Shown: in pieces, positions 1-6,107 of the stretch
Layout of the letters: the number at the start of each line of letters is the position of its first letter
How positions within the stretch are numbered: position 1 is the first letter of the stretch
DNA from: a virus
Length of the DNA: 7,267 nucleotides
Direction: 5' to 3' (one strand)
IMG/VR virus record: IMGVR_UViG_3300005949_000047
Translations under genes and position numbers: made by a program
Notes under the pieces: generated by a model
What the model saw: the letters and a program-made list of their open reading frames with translations, nothing else
Databases searched by the model: none
Told to the model about the DNA's origin: nothing

Positions 1-120
1 ATTATGCGAACCTATGGGTTATTTCCTCCAAGGTCGCGAAGCTGATTCGCTGTCAGCAACAACAGTAGGTTCGTTGAACGCATGCTGCACAACCCTCTGG
101 TCCACGCCTGCGGGCCCTCG
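1..120. repeat. Terminal direct repeat, copy 1 (identical to 7148-7267)
   Basis: Base-by-base reading shows 1-120 equals 7148-7267. The repeat contains the 3' end of the zot/pI CDS, so it is a circular wrap-around or tandem-copy junction rather than an att duplication. Confidence 0.95.
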
Positions 121-1278
121 GCGCAGACCGTCGGGCTGTTCGGGCTTTTGACTAGACGGCCCACGTGAATTAGCACTCGCATAAGCAGCTTGCTGAACAG
201 AATCATCAAAGAAGCCATTACGAACCACGTCCATGCAAAATTCAAGACTGGTCTTGATGCGTGTCGACTGCTGGGAATAACACTGGCAAGTAGTCTGCTG
301 GCCTTCATACTCACCGACCGGGATACCACGCTGCTTTGCAGTAGAAACAAGCCTGATGTCAGTGCTGGCCAAGCAAGTAGGCCTCGGGTAGTCACGGGGC
401 TTTGTAAGACCATCATACCTGGGCGCTGACAACGTCAAATCAGGTACTCGGGGCTTGTAATCCTCAACATACGAATCAACCGAAACTGGCCTAGAGACAG
501 GCTGAGAACCACCCACAGCAGGCTTAACAAGGTTGCTAGGTCCTGACGCAACCGGTTCAGGGGCCAAATCATCCTTAGACTTATACTTACTGAACATGAA
601 ATATGCCCCAACACCAAAAAGCACAAAAGCCAAGACAATGACGCCGATACCAATATATATATTTCGCAAATAAGATGGCTTTACCTTCTTATGCGTATGC
701 ACAGTGGAGGATTTATAAAGGTTGAAGTAATGAGAGTCGAATTCAATTTTAGACTCTTGAGACAACTTGAAGTTATTGCGCTTTTCGGGCGAATCAATAC
801 ACATCTCGTATTCATGGCGAAACACACCTTTAGTGCGACCATAAGGCCGAATAAAGTTTATGTGCTTACCGCAAAGCTTCCTGACGGGCAAGCAAATCAA
901 AGATGGATGCTGCGTGATAAGGTGGATATCCAAGCCCTGGTGCCGGTGCTTTTCAAACCGAGTCACCTTATCAACCCGAGTACGGACATCAGTGCCAAAG
1001 GTGCCCTGGGCTTCGTCGATAACGATGATCGAGCCATCAGGCAAATCATACCAAGCATCAGGGGTATCAAACTCAACCCAACGAGCCTTGAGCTTGTCAA
1101 TCTTGAGCTCAGGGATACCGTGATAGTAGATGGTGCGCGGTGGCAACTCAGGATGATCAGGATCCTTATGAAGCCTCAAAAGCGGGTTATCAGGGTCAAC
1201 CTGATGCTCTTCATCAAGCTCTTTGATGGTATTGAGCGTCTTGCCTGCACCTGGGAGACCGGTCCGAAGAAAAAGCAT
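19..1278 (-). CDS. Zot-family / pI-like phage assembly ATPase (419 aa)
   Basis: N-terminal Walker A (GLPGAGKT) and Walker B-like (IIVIDEAQ) motifs. A single central TM segment (IYIGIGVIVLAFVLFGVGAYFMF) is followed by a periplasmic C-terminal domain. It is the last gene of the morphogenesis module. Its ATG overlaps the stop of the upstream gene (TAATG at 1276-1280). Confidence 0.93.
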   Translation of the reverse strand: MLFLRTGLPGAGKTLNTIKELDEEHQVDPDNPLLRLHKDPDHPELPPRTIYYHGIPELKIDKLKARWVEFDTPDAWYDLPDGSIIVIDEAQGTFGTDVRTRVDKVTRFEKHRHQGLDIHLITQHPSLICLPVRKLCGKHINFIRPYGRTKGVFRHEYEMCIDSPEKRNNFKLSQESKIEFDSHYFNLYKSSTVHTHKKVKPSYLRNIYIGIGVIVLAFVLFGVGAYFMFSKYKSKDDLAPEPVASGPSNLVKPAVGGSQPVSRPVSVDSYVEDYKPRVPDLTLSAPRYDGLTKPRDYPRPTCLASTDIRLVSTAKQRGIPVGEYEGQQTTCQCYSQQSTRIKTSLEFCMDVVRNGFFDDSVQQAAYASANSRGPSSQKPEQPDGLRRGPAGVDQRVVQHAFNEPTVVADSESASRPWRK

Positions 1279-1589
1279 TACTTAGGCCCTCCCCAGCGGA
1301 ACGTATCCACCCTTCCCGCCTTGTCGACGCCTCTGAGAATGGCCCGCGCAGCCAGCGCAGAAAAGATCACACTAAAGACAACATCAACCTGAAGCATGCC
1401 CAAAACGTTTATCCACGTGGCAGGAACAGAGCCCAGCTTAGATAGGGCAAGCGACTTCATACCATCCAATGCGGTAGAAATTCCAATGTAAGAAACAGCC
1501 GCAAATCCAAGTCCGCGAAGCAACTTCCAGCCTAGCGGAACCAAAGACAAACCGAGCATGCGAAGGAAAAGAGCAATTACCGCTGGCAT
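1278..1589 (-). CDS. pVI-like minor coat / membrane protein (103 aa)
   Basis: Very hydrophobic multi-TM small protein located between the pIII-like and pI-like genes, as in Ff, CTXphi (ace position) and Pf phages. An AAGGGG Shine-Dalgarno lies upstream. Its stop overlaps the zot ATG. Confidence 0.65.
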   Translation of the reverse strand: MPAVIALFLRMLGLSLVPLGWKLLRGLGFAAVSYIGISTALDGMKSLALSKLGSVPATWINVLGMLQVDVVFSVIFSALAARAILRGVDKAGRVDTFRWGGPK

Positions 1590-1592
1590 TAT

Positions 1593-3116
1593 TTAAACCC
1601 CTTGACCGACAATTTCGGCCGCTTTGCGTAAGGCGAATGCGACATTGAGGAACCCAAGGAACGTCAAGAAGTCACAAAAGCCGGAAAGGTTAAAATCAAG
1701 TTCAGTCTTAAACTGACCGAAAGGAATGCTAATGGAGGGAAGTACAGGGCAAGAAGAACTGAAAATCTTATCAGTCTTGATCAAGCTAGAAATGTCATGA
1801 ACATCATCACCCTGGGCGGTGATGGGCTGGTAATCCTTACCGGCGAACTCAGAAGTCAAAGAAGCCTTTGCATCATTAACCGGACCATCCGACAAATCGC
1901 GGAACTTCAAATCTGCACAGCGCGACTGTTGTTCCTGACGAAGAATCGCGCATTGGATAACGTCACCAGTACAGGTAACAACAGCGGGACACGTCATATC
2001 ACCAGAAACAAAACCCTTATCCTTATCCTCATCATCATCGCCGTCACCTTCACCACCCTGCCCGTTCCCATTGTTACCATTGCCATTACCAGTGCCAGAA
2101 CCAACTTTGCCACCACCACACTCAGGACCAGTACAGGTGCTGGAGTTGGGCTTAGAAGTCCCGTTTGAATTAGTGCCACCAGAAGTAACAGTAGTAGTAG
2201 TGCCGCTAGAGCAATTACCTACACCCTTGCAAGAGGTAGTATCAGTAACAACAGTCGTATTAGTGCTGGTAGAACCATCAGCATTTTTAGTGCTGGTTTG
2301 TGTAGTGGTCGACTTTGAGGTATTAGAAGCTGACTTTGGATTCTCAACACAAACCCAAGCACCGTTAGCCGTGCCGCACTGCGTTGTGCCCGGAGTAGAA
2401 TCGGTCTTTGTGGAAGTGCAAGTAAAACCACTTCCAGCAGGAATGGCAGAACAAGGATTGTCTGTTGTTTGCTTCTGAGGCTCACCATCGGTACAAGCAG
2501 TACCGGTACAATCCTTTCCATCGGGACCCTTAGAGGGATCAGTCTTATCACCAGTGATTGTTGCAGTACCGGTACAGCTATATTGACCAGCGGTAGTATT
2601 CTTACAAATAGTCACGCCACTAATCTTGGCAGCACAACCATTAATGGAAATAGTATCGCCGGGTGTGTCAGTAGCCGAGTCCCAACGAAACTTAGGAATA
2701 GCAGTGTCCTTAAGGATCGCACACTTATTATCAGGATTGCAGGTGCCCTTAACAGGATCAAGGGTGCTACCAGACGCACATGAAGAACCAGTACGAACAG
2801 CCTGAGCGACAACAGTAGTGGTGCCGCTCTTATTGTTAGTAACAGTGCAATTATATTGAGCAGCAGTAACAAAAACAGCGCCTGCATACGTGACATTCTC
2901 GTTAGAGAAATTTGCAGCAGCACAGGCACCCTCAGGGGAAGAAGAAGTAAAGCGACCGTTAGAATTAACAGTCCATAAATAATCAGCAGCAAAAACAGGC
3001 GACGAGGCAAGACAAACAAATATAAAGCTAGCGACCAGTACAAAGGAGGAAGAAACCCGCAGTAAGCCAAAACCAAATAAAGTCATCGGGCGAGATATAC
3101 ATTTTAATAGCCTCAT
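1593..3116 (-). CDS. pIII-like adsorption / minor coat protein (507 aa)
   Basis: N-terminal signal peptide ending ...SSPVFA/ADY, then Cys-rich globular segments and Ser/Thr-rich low complexity. A Gly/Asn/Asp linker (GSGTGNGNGNNGNGQGGEGDGDDDEDKDKG) follows, and the C-terminus is a hydrophobic anchor (FCDFLTFLGFLNVAFAL RK). It lies immediately after the major coat gene and terminator. GGAG sits 6 nt upstream of the ATG. Confidence 0.8.
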   Translation of the reverse strand: MRLLKCISRPMTLFGFGLLRVSSSFVLVASFIFVCLASSPVFAADYLWTVNSNGRFTSSSPEGACAAANFSNENVTYAGAVFVTAAQYNCTVTNNKSGTTTVVAQAVRTGSSCASGSTLDPVKGTCNPDNKCAILKDTAIPKFRWDSATDTPGDTISINGCAAKISGVTICKNTTAGQYSCTGTATITGDKTDPSKGPDGKDCTGTACTDGEPQKQTTDNPCSAIPAGSGFTCTSTKTDSTPGTTQCGTANGAWVCVENPKSASNTSKSTTTQTSTKNADGSTSTNTTVVTDTTSCKGVGNCSSGTTTTVTSGGTNSNGTSKPNSSTCTGPECGGGKVGSGTGNGNGNNGNGQGGEGDGDDDEDKDKGFVSGDMTCPAVVTCTGDVIQCAILRQEQQSRCADLKFRDLSDGPVNDAKASLTSEFAGKDYQPITAQGDDVHDISSLIKTDKIFSSSCPVLPSISIPFGQFKTELDFNLSGFCDFLTFLGFLNVAFALRKAAEIVGQGV

Positions 3117-3130
3117 ATTGAACTCCGGGC

Positions 3131-3165
3131 AAAAAAAAGCCCGGAGGGAGGAATTCCCACCGGGC
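3131..3165 (-). terminator. Rho-independent terminator after the major coat gene
   Basis: On the minus strand the sequence reads GCCCGG-T-GGG-AATTCCT-CCC-T-CCGGGC followed by T8. It lies 15 nt downstream of the coat gene stop, which is the classical position of the strong post-gVIII terminator in filamentous phages. Confidence 0.85.
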
Positions 3166-3179
3166 GTTACAGAGCGGGA

Positions 3180-3407
3180 TTAGGTCCCTGCGCGCTGAGC
3201 TTTCTTAGCGGCGCCCACCAGGGCAACCAGACCCAGCATTGCAGTGGCAACGAGACCAGCAGCAACAACGCCTGCCGCAATCCACGCGAGCGAAGACGAA
3301 GTATCGAAGGTCTCACCAGCGGCGAACGTTGGACCGGCAGCAGCGGCAACAACAGCACCTGCAAACAGGGCTTTCAAAGAAACGGCAGAACGGTATTGTT
3401 TTTTCAT
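3180..3407 (-). CDS. Major coat protein precursor (pVIII-like, 75 aa)
   Basis: Basic N-terminus (MKKQYR) with a hydrophobic signal ending TFA/AG. The predicted 46-aa mature peptide has an acidic N-terminus (AGETFDTSSS), an Ala/Gly/Val-rich TM helix and a basic C-terminus (KKAQRAGT). AGGTGA Shine-Dalgarno upstream. Confidence 0.9.
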   Translation of the reverse strand: MKKQYRSAVSLKALFAGAVVAAAAGPTFAAGETFDTSSSLAWIAAGVVAAGLVATAMLGLVALVGAAKKAQRAGT

Positions 3408-3414
3408 AATTCAC

Positions 3415-3624
3415 CTATGCAGCTAAACGGAGGGTTTTGCCCACGTAACAAACAACAAAGAAAACAAGCAGAGCGCTGGTTATCTCCATCTTTGAAGACA
3501 TGGGTATTGCGGGAGAGAGTTGATCTCTCATTTCCTGAACTGTGAAAGTCTGGAGCTGACCAGAACAAACAGAGGTTCCATCAGTCTGAACTTGCCACAT
3601 CCCATCACAGCCCAAAAAATTCAT
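3415..3624 (-). CDS. Small membrane protein, candidate pVII/pIX-type minor coat protein (69 aa)
   Basis: Positioned directly upstream of the major coat gene. Single C-terminal TM (ITSALLVFFVVCYVG) followed by basic residues; AAGG Shine-Dalgarno upstream. An internal start (MSSKMEITS...) would give a peptide of about 28 aa, the size of pVII/pIX. Function is inferred from position only. Confidence 0.5.
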   Translation of the reverse strand: MNFLGCDGMWQVQTDGTSVCSGQLQTFTVQEMRDQLSPAIPMSSKMEITSALLVFFVVCYVGKTLRLAA

Positions 3625-3683
3625 GGTGCTACCTTTTAATACAAATCAAAAACAGGTTGAAAAGCCGGTTAAATCAAACGCGA

Positions 3684-3827
3684 TCAATCGTCGTCGTCAT
3701 CATCATCATCATCAGGCGATTCCCAATAAGTGTCTGGATCATTCGCGCACTCGTCGCAAGCAAAACCAAACTCACCAGAGGCATCACCAGAATCGAAGGA
3801 GTTGCCACAAACCTCACACTCAACCAC
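3684..3827 (-). CDS. Small zinc-ribbon-like protein with a poly-Asp tail (47 aa if GTG-initiated), or the +1-frame extension of the upstream ssDNA-binding protein
   Basis: An open frame encodes VVECEVCGNSFDSGDASGEFGFACDECANDPDTYWESPDDDDDDDDD, which has a CxxC...CxxC pattern plus nine Asp. A GTG lies 1 nt after the gV-like stop, with GAAGG 9 nt upstream. There is no ATG in the non-overlapping part. The longer 143-aa ORF in the track overlaps gV and is poly-Leu junk upstream. Confidence 0.45.
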   Translation of the reverse strand: MVECEVCGNSFDSGDASGEFGFACDECANDPDTYWESPDDDDDDDDD

Positions 3828-3828
3828 G

Positions 3829-4161
3829 TCAAACAGCCTTCGAAGAAGAAGCAGGAGAAGCAGTAGAAGCAGAAGAAAAAGCAGCAGAAAGCGGTGGAAC
3901 GTTCTTACGGCGACCCTGACGAGGATCACAAGTAAACTCAAGACGGCCATCACGAACATCGACAATAACGTCGCACTCATAAGTACCGGGCTGAGGAACC
4001 TCGTTAACAGCACTGGCATAGAATGAAGTTTTCTGAGGGTACGGATCATTTGGCAAATGAACATACGCCTCAAACATACACCACGGTTTAGAGGTGCCGG
4101 ATTTAGTAGAAACACCGGAGCGCTCGCGGCCAGTTACTTCAACAAGGAGTGTCATAGACAT
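3829..4161 (-). CDS. gpV-like ssDNA-binding protein (110 aa)
   Basis: The pattern LLVEV..RSGVS.K.G..KPW...EAYV.LPNDPYP......VPQPGTYE.DV.V....GRL parallels the Ff gene V protein (VEIK...RSGVSRQGKPY..EQLCYVDLGNEYP...PGLYTV). Size and position between rep and the coat genes fit. AAGGG Shine-Dalgarno upstream. It also carries an unusual Ser/Ala-rich C-terminal tail. Confidence 0.8.
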   Translation of the reverse strand: MSMTLLVEVTGRERSGVSTKSGTSKPWCMFEAYVHLPNDPYPQKTSFYASAVNEVPQPGTYECDVIVDVRDGRLEFTCDPRQGRRKNVPPLSAAFSSASTASPASSSKAV

Positions 4162-4172
4162 GATGGGGCCCT

Positions 4173-4427
4173 TTACAATGTTGGAAGTCGGGAACTAATG
4201 CCCGGCTTACGAAATGCCCAACCGGGCACGGTTAAATCAGGACGACGCCTGAAAGTTAAAAGCTCACGCTTCAAAGATTGCTGCCTGACTTGTTCAGACG
4301 ACAAAGCTTGGAGAAACAGGCGCATAAGCGAATTAGTGAAAGCAGTACTATCAACGACGCCAGAGTCAAGATTAGCAACTTGATTCTCCACGGAAAAACG
4401 AAGTAGCTGATAGGCAGACTTATCCAT
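4173..4427 (-). CDS. Hypothetical small protein (84 aa; 89 aa if started at 4442)
   Basis: Open frame in the operon. The second in-frame ATG forms a TGATG stop/start overlap with the upstream ORF, indicating translational coupling. No recognisable motifs. Confidence 0.5.
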   Translation of the reverse strand: MDKSAYQLLRFSVENQVANLDSGVVDSTAFTNSLMRLFLQALSSEQVRQQSLKRELLTFRRRPDLTVPGWAFRKPGISSRLPTL

Positions 4428-4660
4428 CAGTAACCCATCCATTCAGCAAAAGACGGAGTACCCTTTTCCTTTCGTTCCTCAAACCAAACACGCTCAGGTT
4501 TAACGCCCTGCTCTTTACGAGCCTCAACAGCCGCTATTGTTTCAGCAACTTGCTGCTGGAGAACAGGACTCAGAAACGACTGCCGAGCTTGCTGTTGAAA
4601 CGCGAGTTGACGGCGCTGCCCTGGTGAAAGCTGTGTGCCCTGCTGGCTTACGGTGATCAT
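4427..4660 (-). CDS. Hypothetical Gln-rich small protein (77 aa)
   Basis: ATGA start/stop overlap with rep and an AGGTGG Shine-Dalgarno 4 nt upstream. It occupies the position of rstB in CTXphi-type phages, but no sequence similarity could be judged by eye. Confidence 0.6.
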   Translation of the reverse strand: MITVSQQGTQLSPGQRRQLAFQQQARQSFLSPVLQQQVAETIAAVEARKEQGVKPERVWFEERKEKGTPSFAEWMGY

Positions 4661-5787
4661 GCGGCCACCTGCAAATGATTAGGCCGCTTGTACCAGCTTG
4701 GAGGGGCAATGTTCTTGACCGGGTTAATCTCGCGCATTTCACGGATGAAGACAGTAGAAAAAGTCTTCATGTCACAGGCATTGCGTATGTTGATACCAAT
4801 ACGATTAAGGCGTGCCGCATGAGTCTCAAAAGATCTTTGAGAGCAAACAACTTCCTGGCCATGCATCCAAAGATGTGCATAAGAGGCTGTAACGTTCGCA
4901 GCTCTTACAGTATCAACAACTTTTTCAAGAAGTAACTGTTGCGCAATGCTAGCGGTATCCATCTTTGTCACCTTTAGGCGTTGATCAACGCTTAGAAACT
5001 CTTCATGCAGAGTAAGAAATTTGCCTTCATCAAAGAGGCCCCAAAAAGACAAGCGCTGCCGCTTTAGAAATTCATCTTTCAATTCTTGCTCAAGACGAAC
5101 TACACCAACTTGTTTGCAGTAGTCATAAATCTCTTGAGCGTATTTGAATTCTGGAGAACTTTCACCAAATGTCCTTTTAACCTTAGGCAAATGGTTTTCA
5201 AGAATCTCAAAGGCCTTATCATAGGCCTTACGATACTGGAGTCGCGCACCTTTACTATTGCCGGAAGTAGTCCAATCGACGGAACGGCCATTCGAATAGA
5301 GGCGACCGATAGAGTGGCCTATGCGCTGGCTAGCAAGACCGCGAAGATAAGGAATCTCGTTACCCTCCCCGACCGAAATATTAGTGGTTAGATCGATTCG
5401 GTGAATGCAGCAGCCGTCGGCCCAAAGTTGAGAGGCGCTGGCACCCGATTCGCCTTGGCGTATCTCAAACCGCGTGCAACGGGTGAAAGAAGGAAGCCCG
5501 TACTGTGCGAGCAAATCGTTATAGACCGCGATGCACTGTGCAACAGTTTCGAAGCCCCAGAGGTTGTCATGACGATTGAGACGAGAAGGATTGCCATCTA
5601 CGGTGATTTTCCTGCCGGTAACGTGAATTTTGATAGTGGAGCTGTGGCTGCCTTCATGTTTCACGGGACGATAGGAGGTGCTGAGCACTTCACCGGTCAG
5701 GGTATCGATTGCCTTAAAAGCAGTGTCCGATATGACCGGGAGGTCAAAATCGAACTCTTGCGAAACCTTGAGCCAGTCGATGAACAT
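4657..5787 (-). CDS. Rolling-circle replication initiation protein (gpII / RstA / Phage_CRI-like; 376 aa, or 382 aa from ATG at 5805)
   Basis: N-terminal MFIDWLK, then VDGNPSRLNRHDNLWG (the GNPxK..GHN..G-type motif) and a YRKAYDK motif typical of phage/plasmid gene II-type initiators. It is the first gene of the minus-strand operon. The ATG at 5787 has AAGGA 5 nt upstream, whereas the ATG at 5805 has no SD. Confidence 0.88.
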   Translation of the reverse strand: MFIDWLKVSQEFDFDLPVISDTAFKAIDTLTGEVLSTSYRPVKHEGSHSSTIKIHVTGRKITVDGNPSRLNRHDNLWGFETVAQCIAVYNDLLAQYGLPSFTRCTRFEIRQGESGASASQLWADGCCIHRIDLTTNISVGEGNEIPYLRGLASQRIGHSIGRLYSNGRSVDWTTSGNSKGARLQYRKAYDKAFEILENHLPKVKRTFGESSPEFKYAQEIYDYCKQVGVVRLEQELKDEFLKRQRLSFWGLFDEGKFLTLHEEFLSVDQRLKVTKMDTASIAQQLLLEKVVDTVRAANVTASYAHLWMHGQEVVCSQRSFETHAARLNRIGINIRNACDMKTFSTVFIREMREINPVKNIAPPSWYKRPNHLQVAA

Positions 5788-5803
5788 GGGCGTCCTTGAA
5801 TAC

Positions 5804-5900
5804 ATGTATACATATTACAATGACGCCGAATGTATACGTGCATACGGGGATGCGTCAATACAAATCGCATGCATGCATCTAAGATCACGGAGAGAAGCCA
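5804..5900. promoter_or_regulatory. Divergent control region between rep and the RHH-like gene, with palindromic operator candidates
   Basis: ATGTATACAT (5804-5813) is a perfect palindrome and recurs as ATGTATACGT (5830-5839); (GCAT)3 lies at 5867-5878. Minus-strand sigma70-like promoter: TTGACG (5858-5853), 16-17 nt spacer, then TATACA/ATACAT (5836-5830). Plus-strand -10 candidate TACAAT at 5816-5821. GGAGAG Shine-Dalgarno at 5889-5894. Confidence 0.55.
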
Positions 5901-6107
5901 ATGAGCGGGAAGAAAATGCCGGTAACACTAAGACTGTCTGACACAGAACAGGAAGCCATCAGGCAAAAAGCCATAGAAATCAACAGGTTGCTGGTTAAGC
6001 AAGGAAGGCAGCCAGTCAGGGATAGCGAGCTTGCACACAAAATCCTTGAATTATCAGTGGCTTGCGTAGCTCTTACGCCCGAAGGAGAGATAGTGATTGA
6101 GAGGTAG
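5901..6107 (+). CDS. Ribbon-helix-helix-like small DNA-binding protein, candidate phage repressor/regulator (68 aa)
   Basis: Good SD (GGAGAG, 6-nt spacer). The N-terminus PVTLRLSDTEQEAIRQKA fits a beta-strand with alternating hydrophobics followed by helices, as in CopG/Arc/MetJ folds. It is divergent from rep, the usual location of inovirus repressors. Confidence 0.55.
   Translation: MSGKKMPVTLRLSDTEQEAIRQKAIEINRLLVKQGRQPVRDSELAHKILELSVACVALTPEGEIVIER

Noticed and set aside
1-120. The 120-nt terminal repeat interpreted as an att-site duplication or LTR-like element
   Set aside because: The repeat includes 102 nt of zot coding sequence and continues to the very end of the window. This is the signature of a circular or tandem wrap-around, not a short core duplication produced by site-specific integration.
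12-416. 134-aa minus-strand ORF overlapping the zot 3' region in another frame, and the 190-429 plus ORF
   Set aside because: These are out-of-frame overlaps with the Zot C-terminal domain. There are no independent translation signals.
691-1392. 233-aa plus-strand ORF antisense to zot/pI and pVI, together with the nested 860-1123 ORF
   Set aside because: It lies entirely antisense to a confidently identified Walker-motif CDS. It has no SD, a low-complexity composition and no motifs. This is a typical shadow ORF.
1797-3076. Several ORFs (1797-2168, 1994-2179, 2071-2478, 2219-2551, 2469-2783, 2612-3076) inside or antisense to the pIII-like gene
   Set aside because: They are alternative-frame products of repetitive Ser/Thr/Gly-coding DNA. 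Their Leu/Val/Pro-rich compositions look like nonsense, and the pIII frame explains the region.
3167-3426. ORFs 3167-3364 (minus) and 3244-3426 (plus) overlapping the major coat gene
   Set aside because: These are alternative or antisense frames of an Ala/Gly-rich CDS. The coat-protein frame has the full signal-peptide/acidic/TM/basic architecture.
3841-3900. Purine-rich GAAGCA-like repeat tract as a possible independent repeat element
   Set aside because: It is explained as the coding sequence of the Ser/Ala-rich C-terminal tail of the gV-like protein. The unit is imperfect, with no evidence of a separate function.
3623-3919. Plus-strand ORFs encoding poly-His/poly-Ile stretches (3623-3919, 3657-3866, 3730-4026)
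   Set aside because: They are simply the antisense reading of the (GAT/GAC)9 run and the purine-rich gV tail. They lack SDs and run opposite to the operon.
3828-4115. N-terminal part of the 143-aa minus-strand ORF (3684-4115), including a poly-Leu tract
   Set aside because: It overlaps nearly the whole gV-like CDS in the +1 frame. The poly-Leu arises from the CTT/CTG-rich tail-coding DNA. Only the non-overlapping 3' portion (3684-3827) is considered potentially real.
4542-5941. Miscellaneous ORFs within or antisense to rep (4542-4742, 4675-4935, 5086-5391, 5100-5291, 5388-5597, 5401-5799, 5678-5941, 5697-5888, 5885-6175)
   Set aside because: All overlap the motif-bearing rep CDS, the control region or the RHH gene. 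None has an SD or a recognisable motif.
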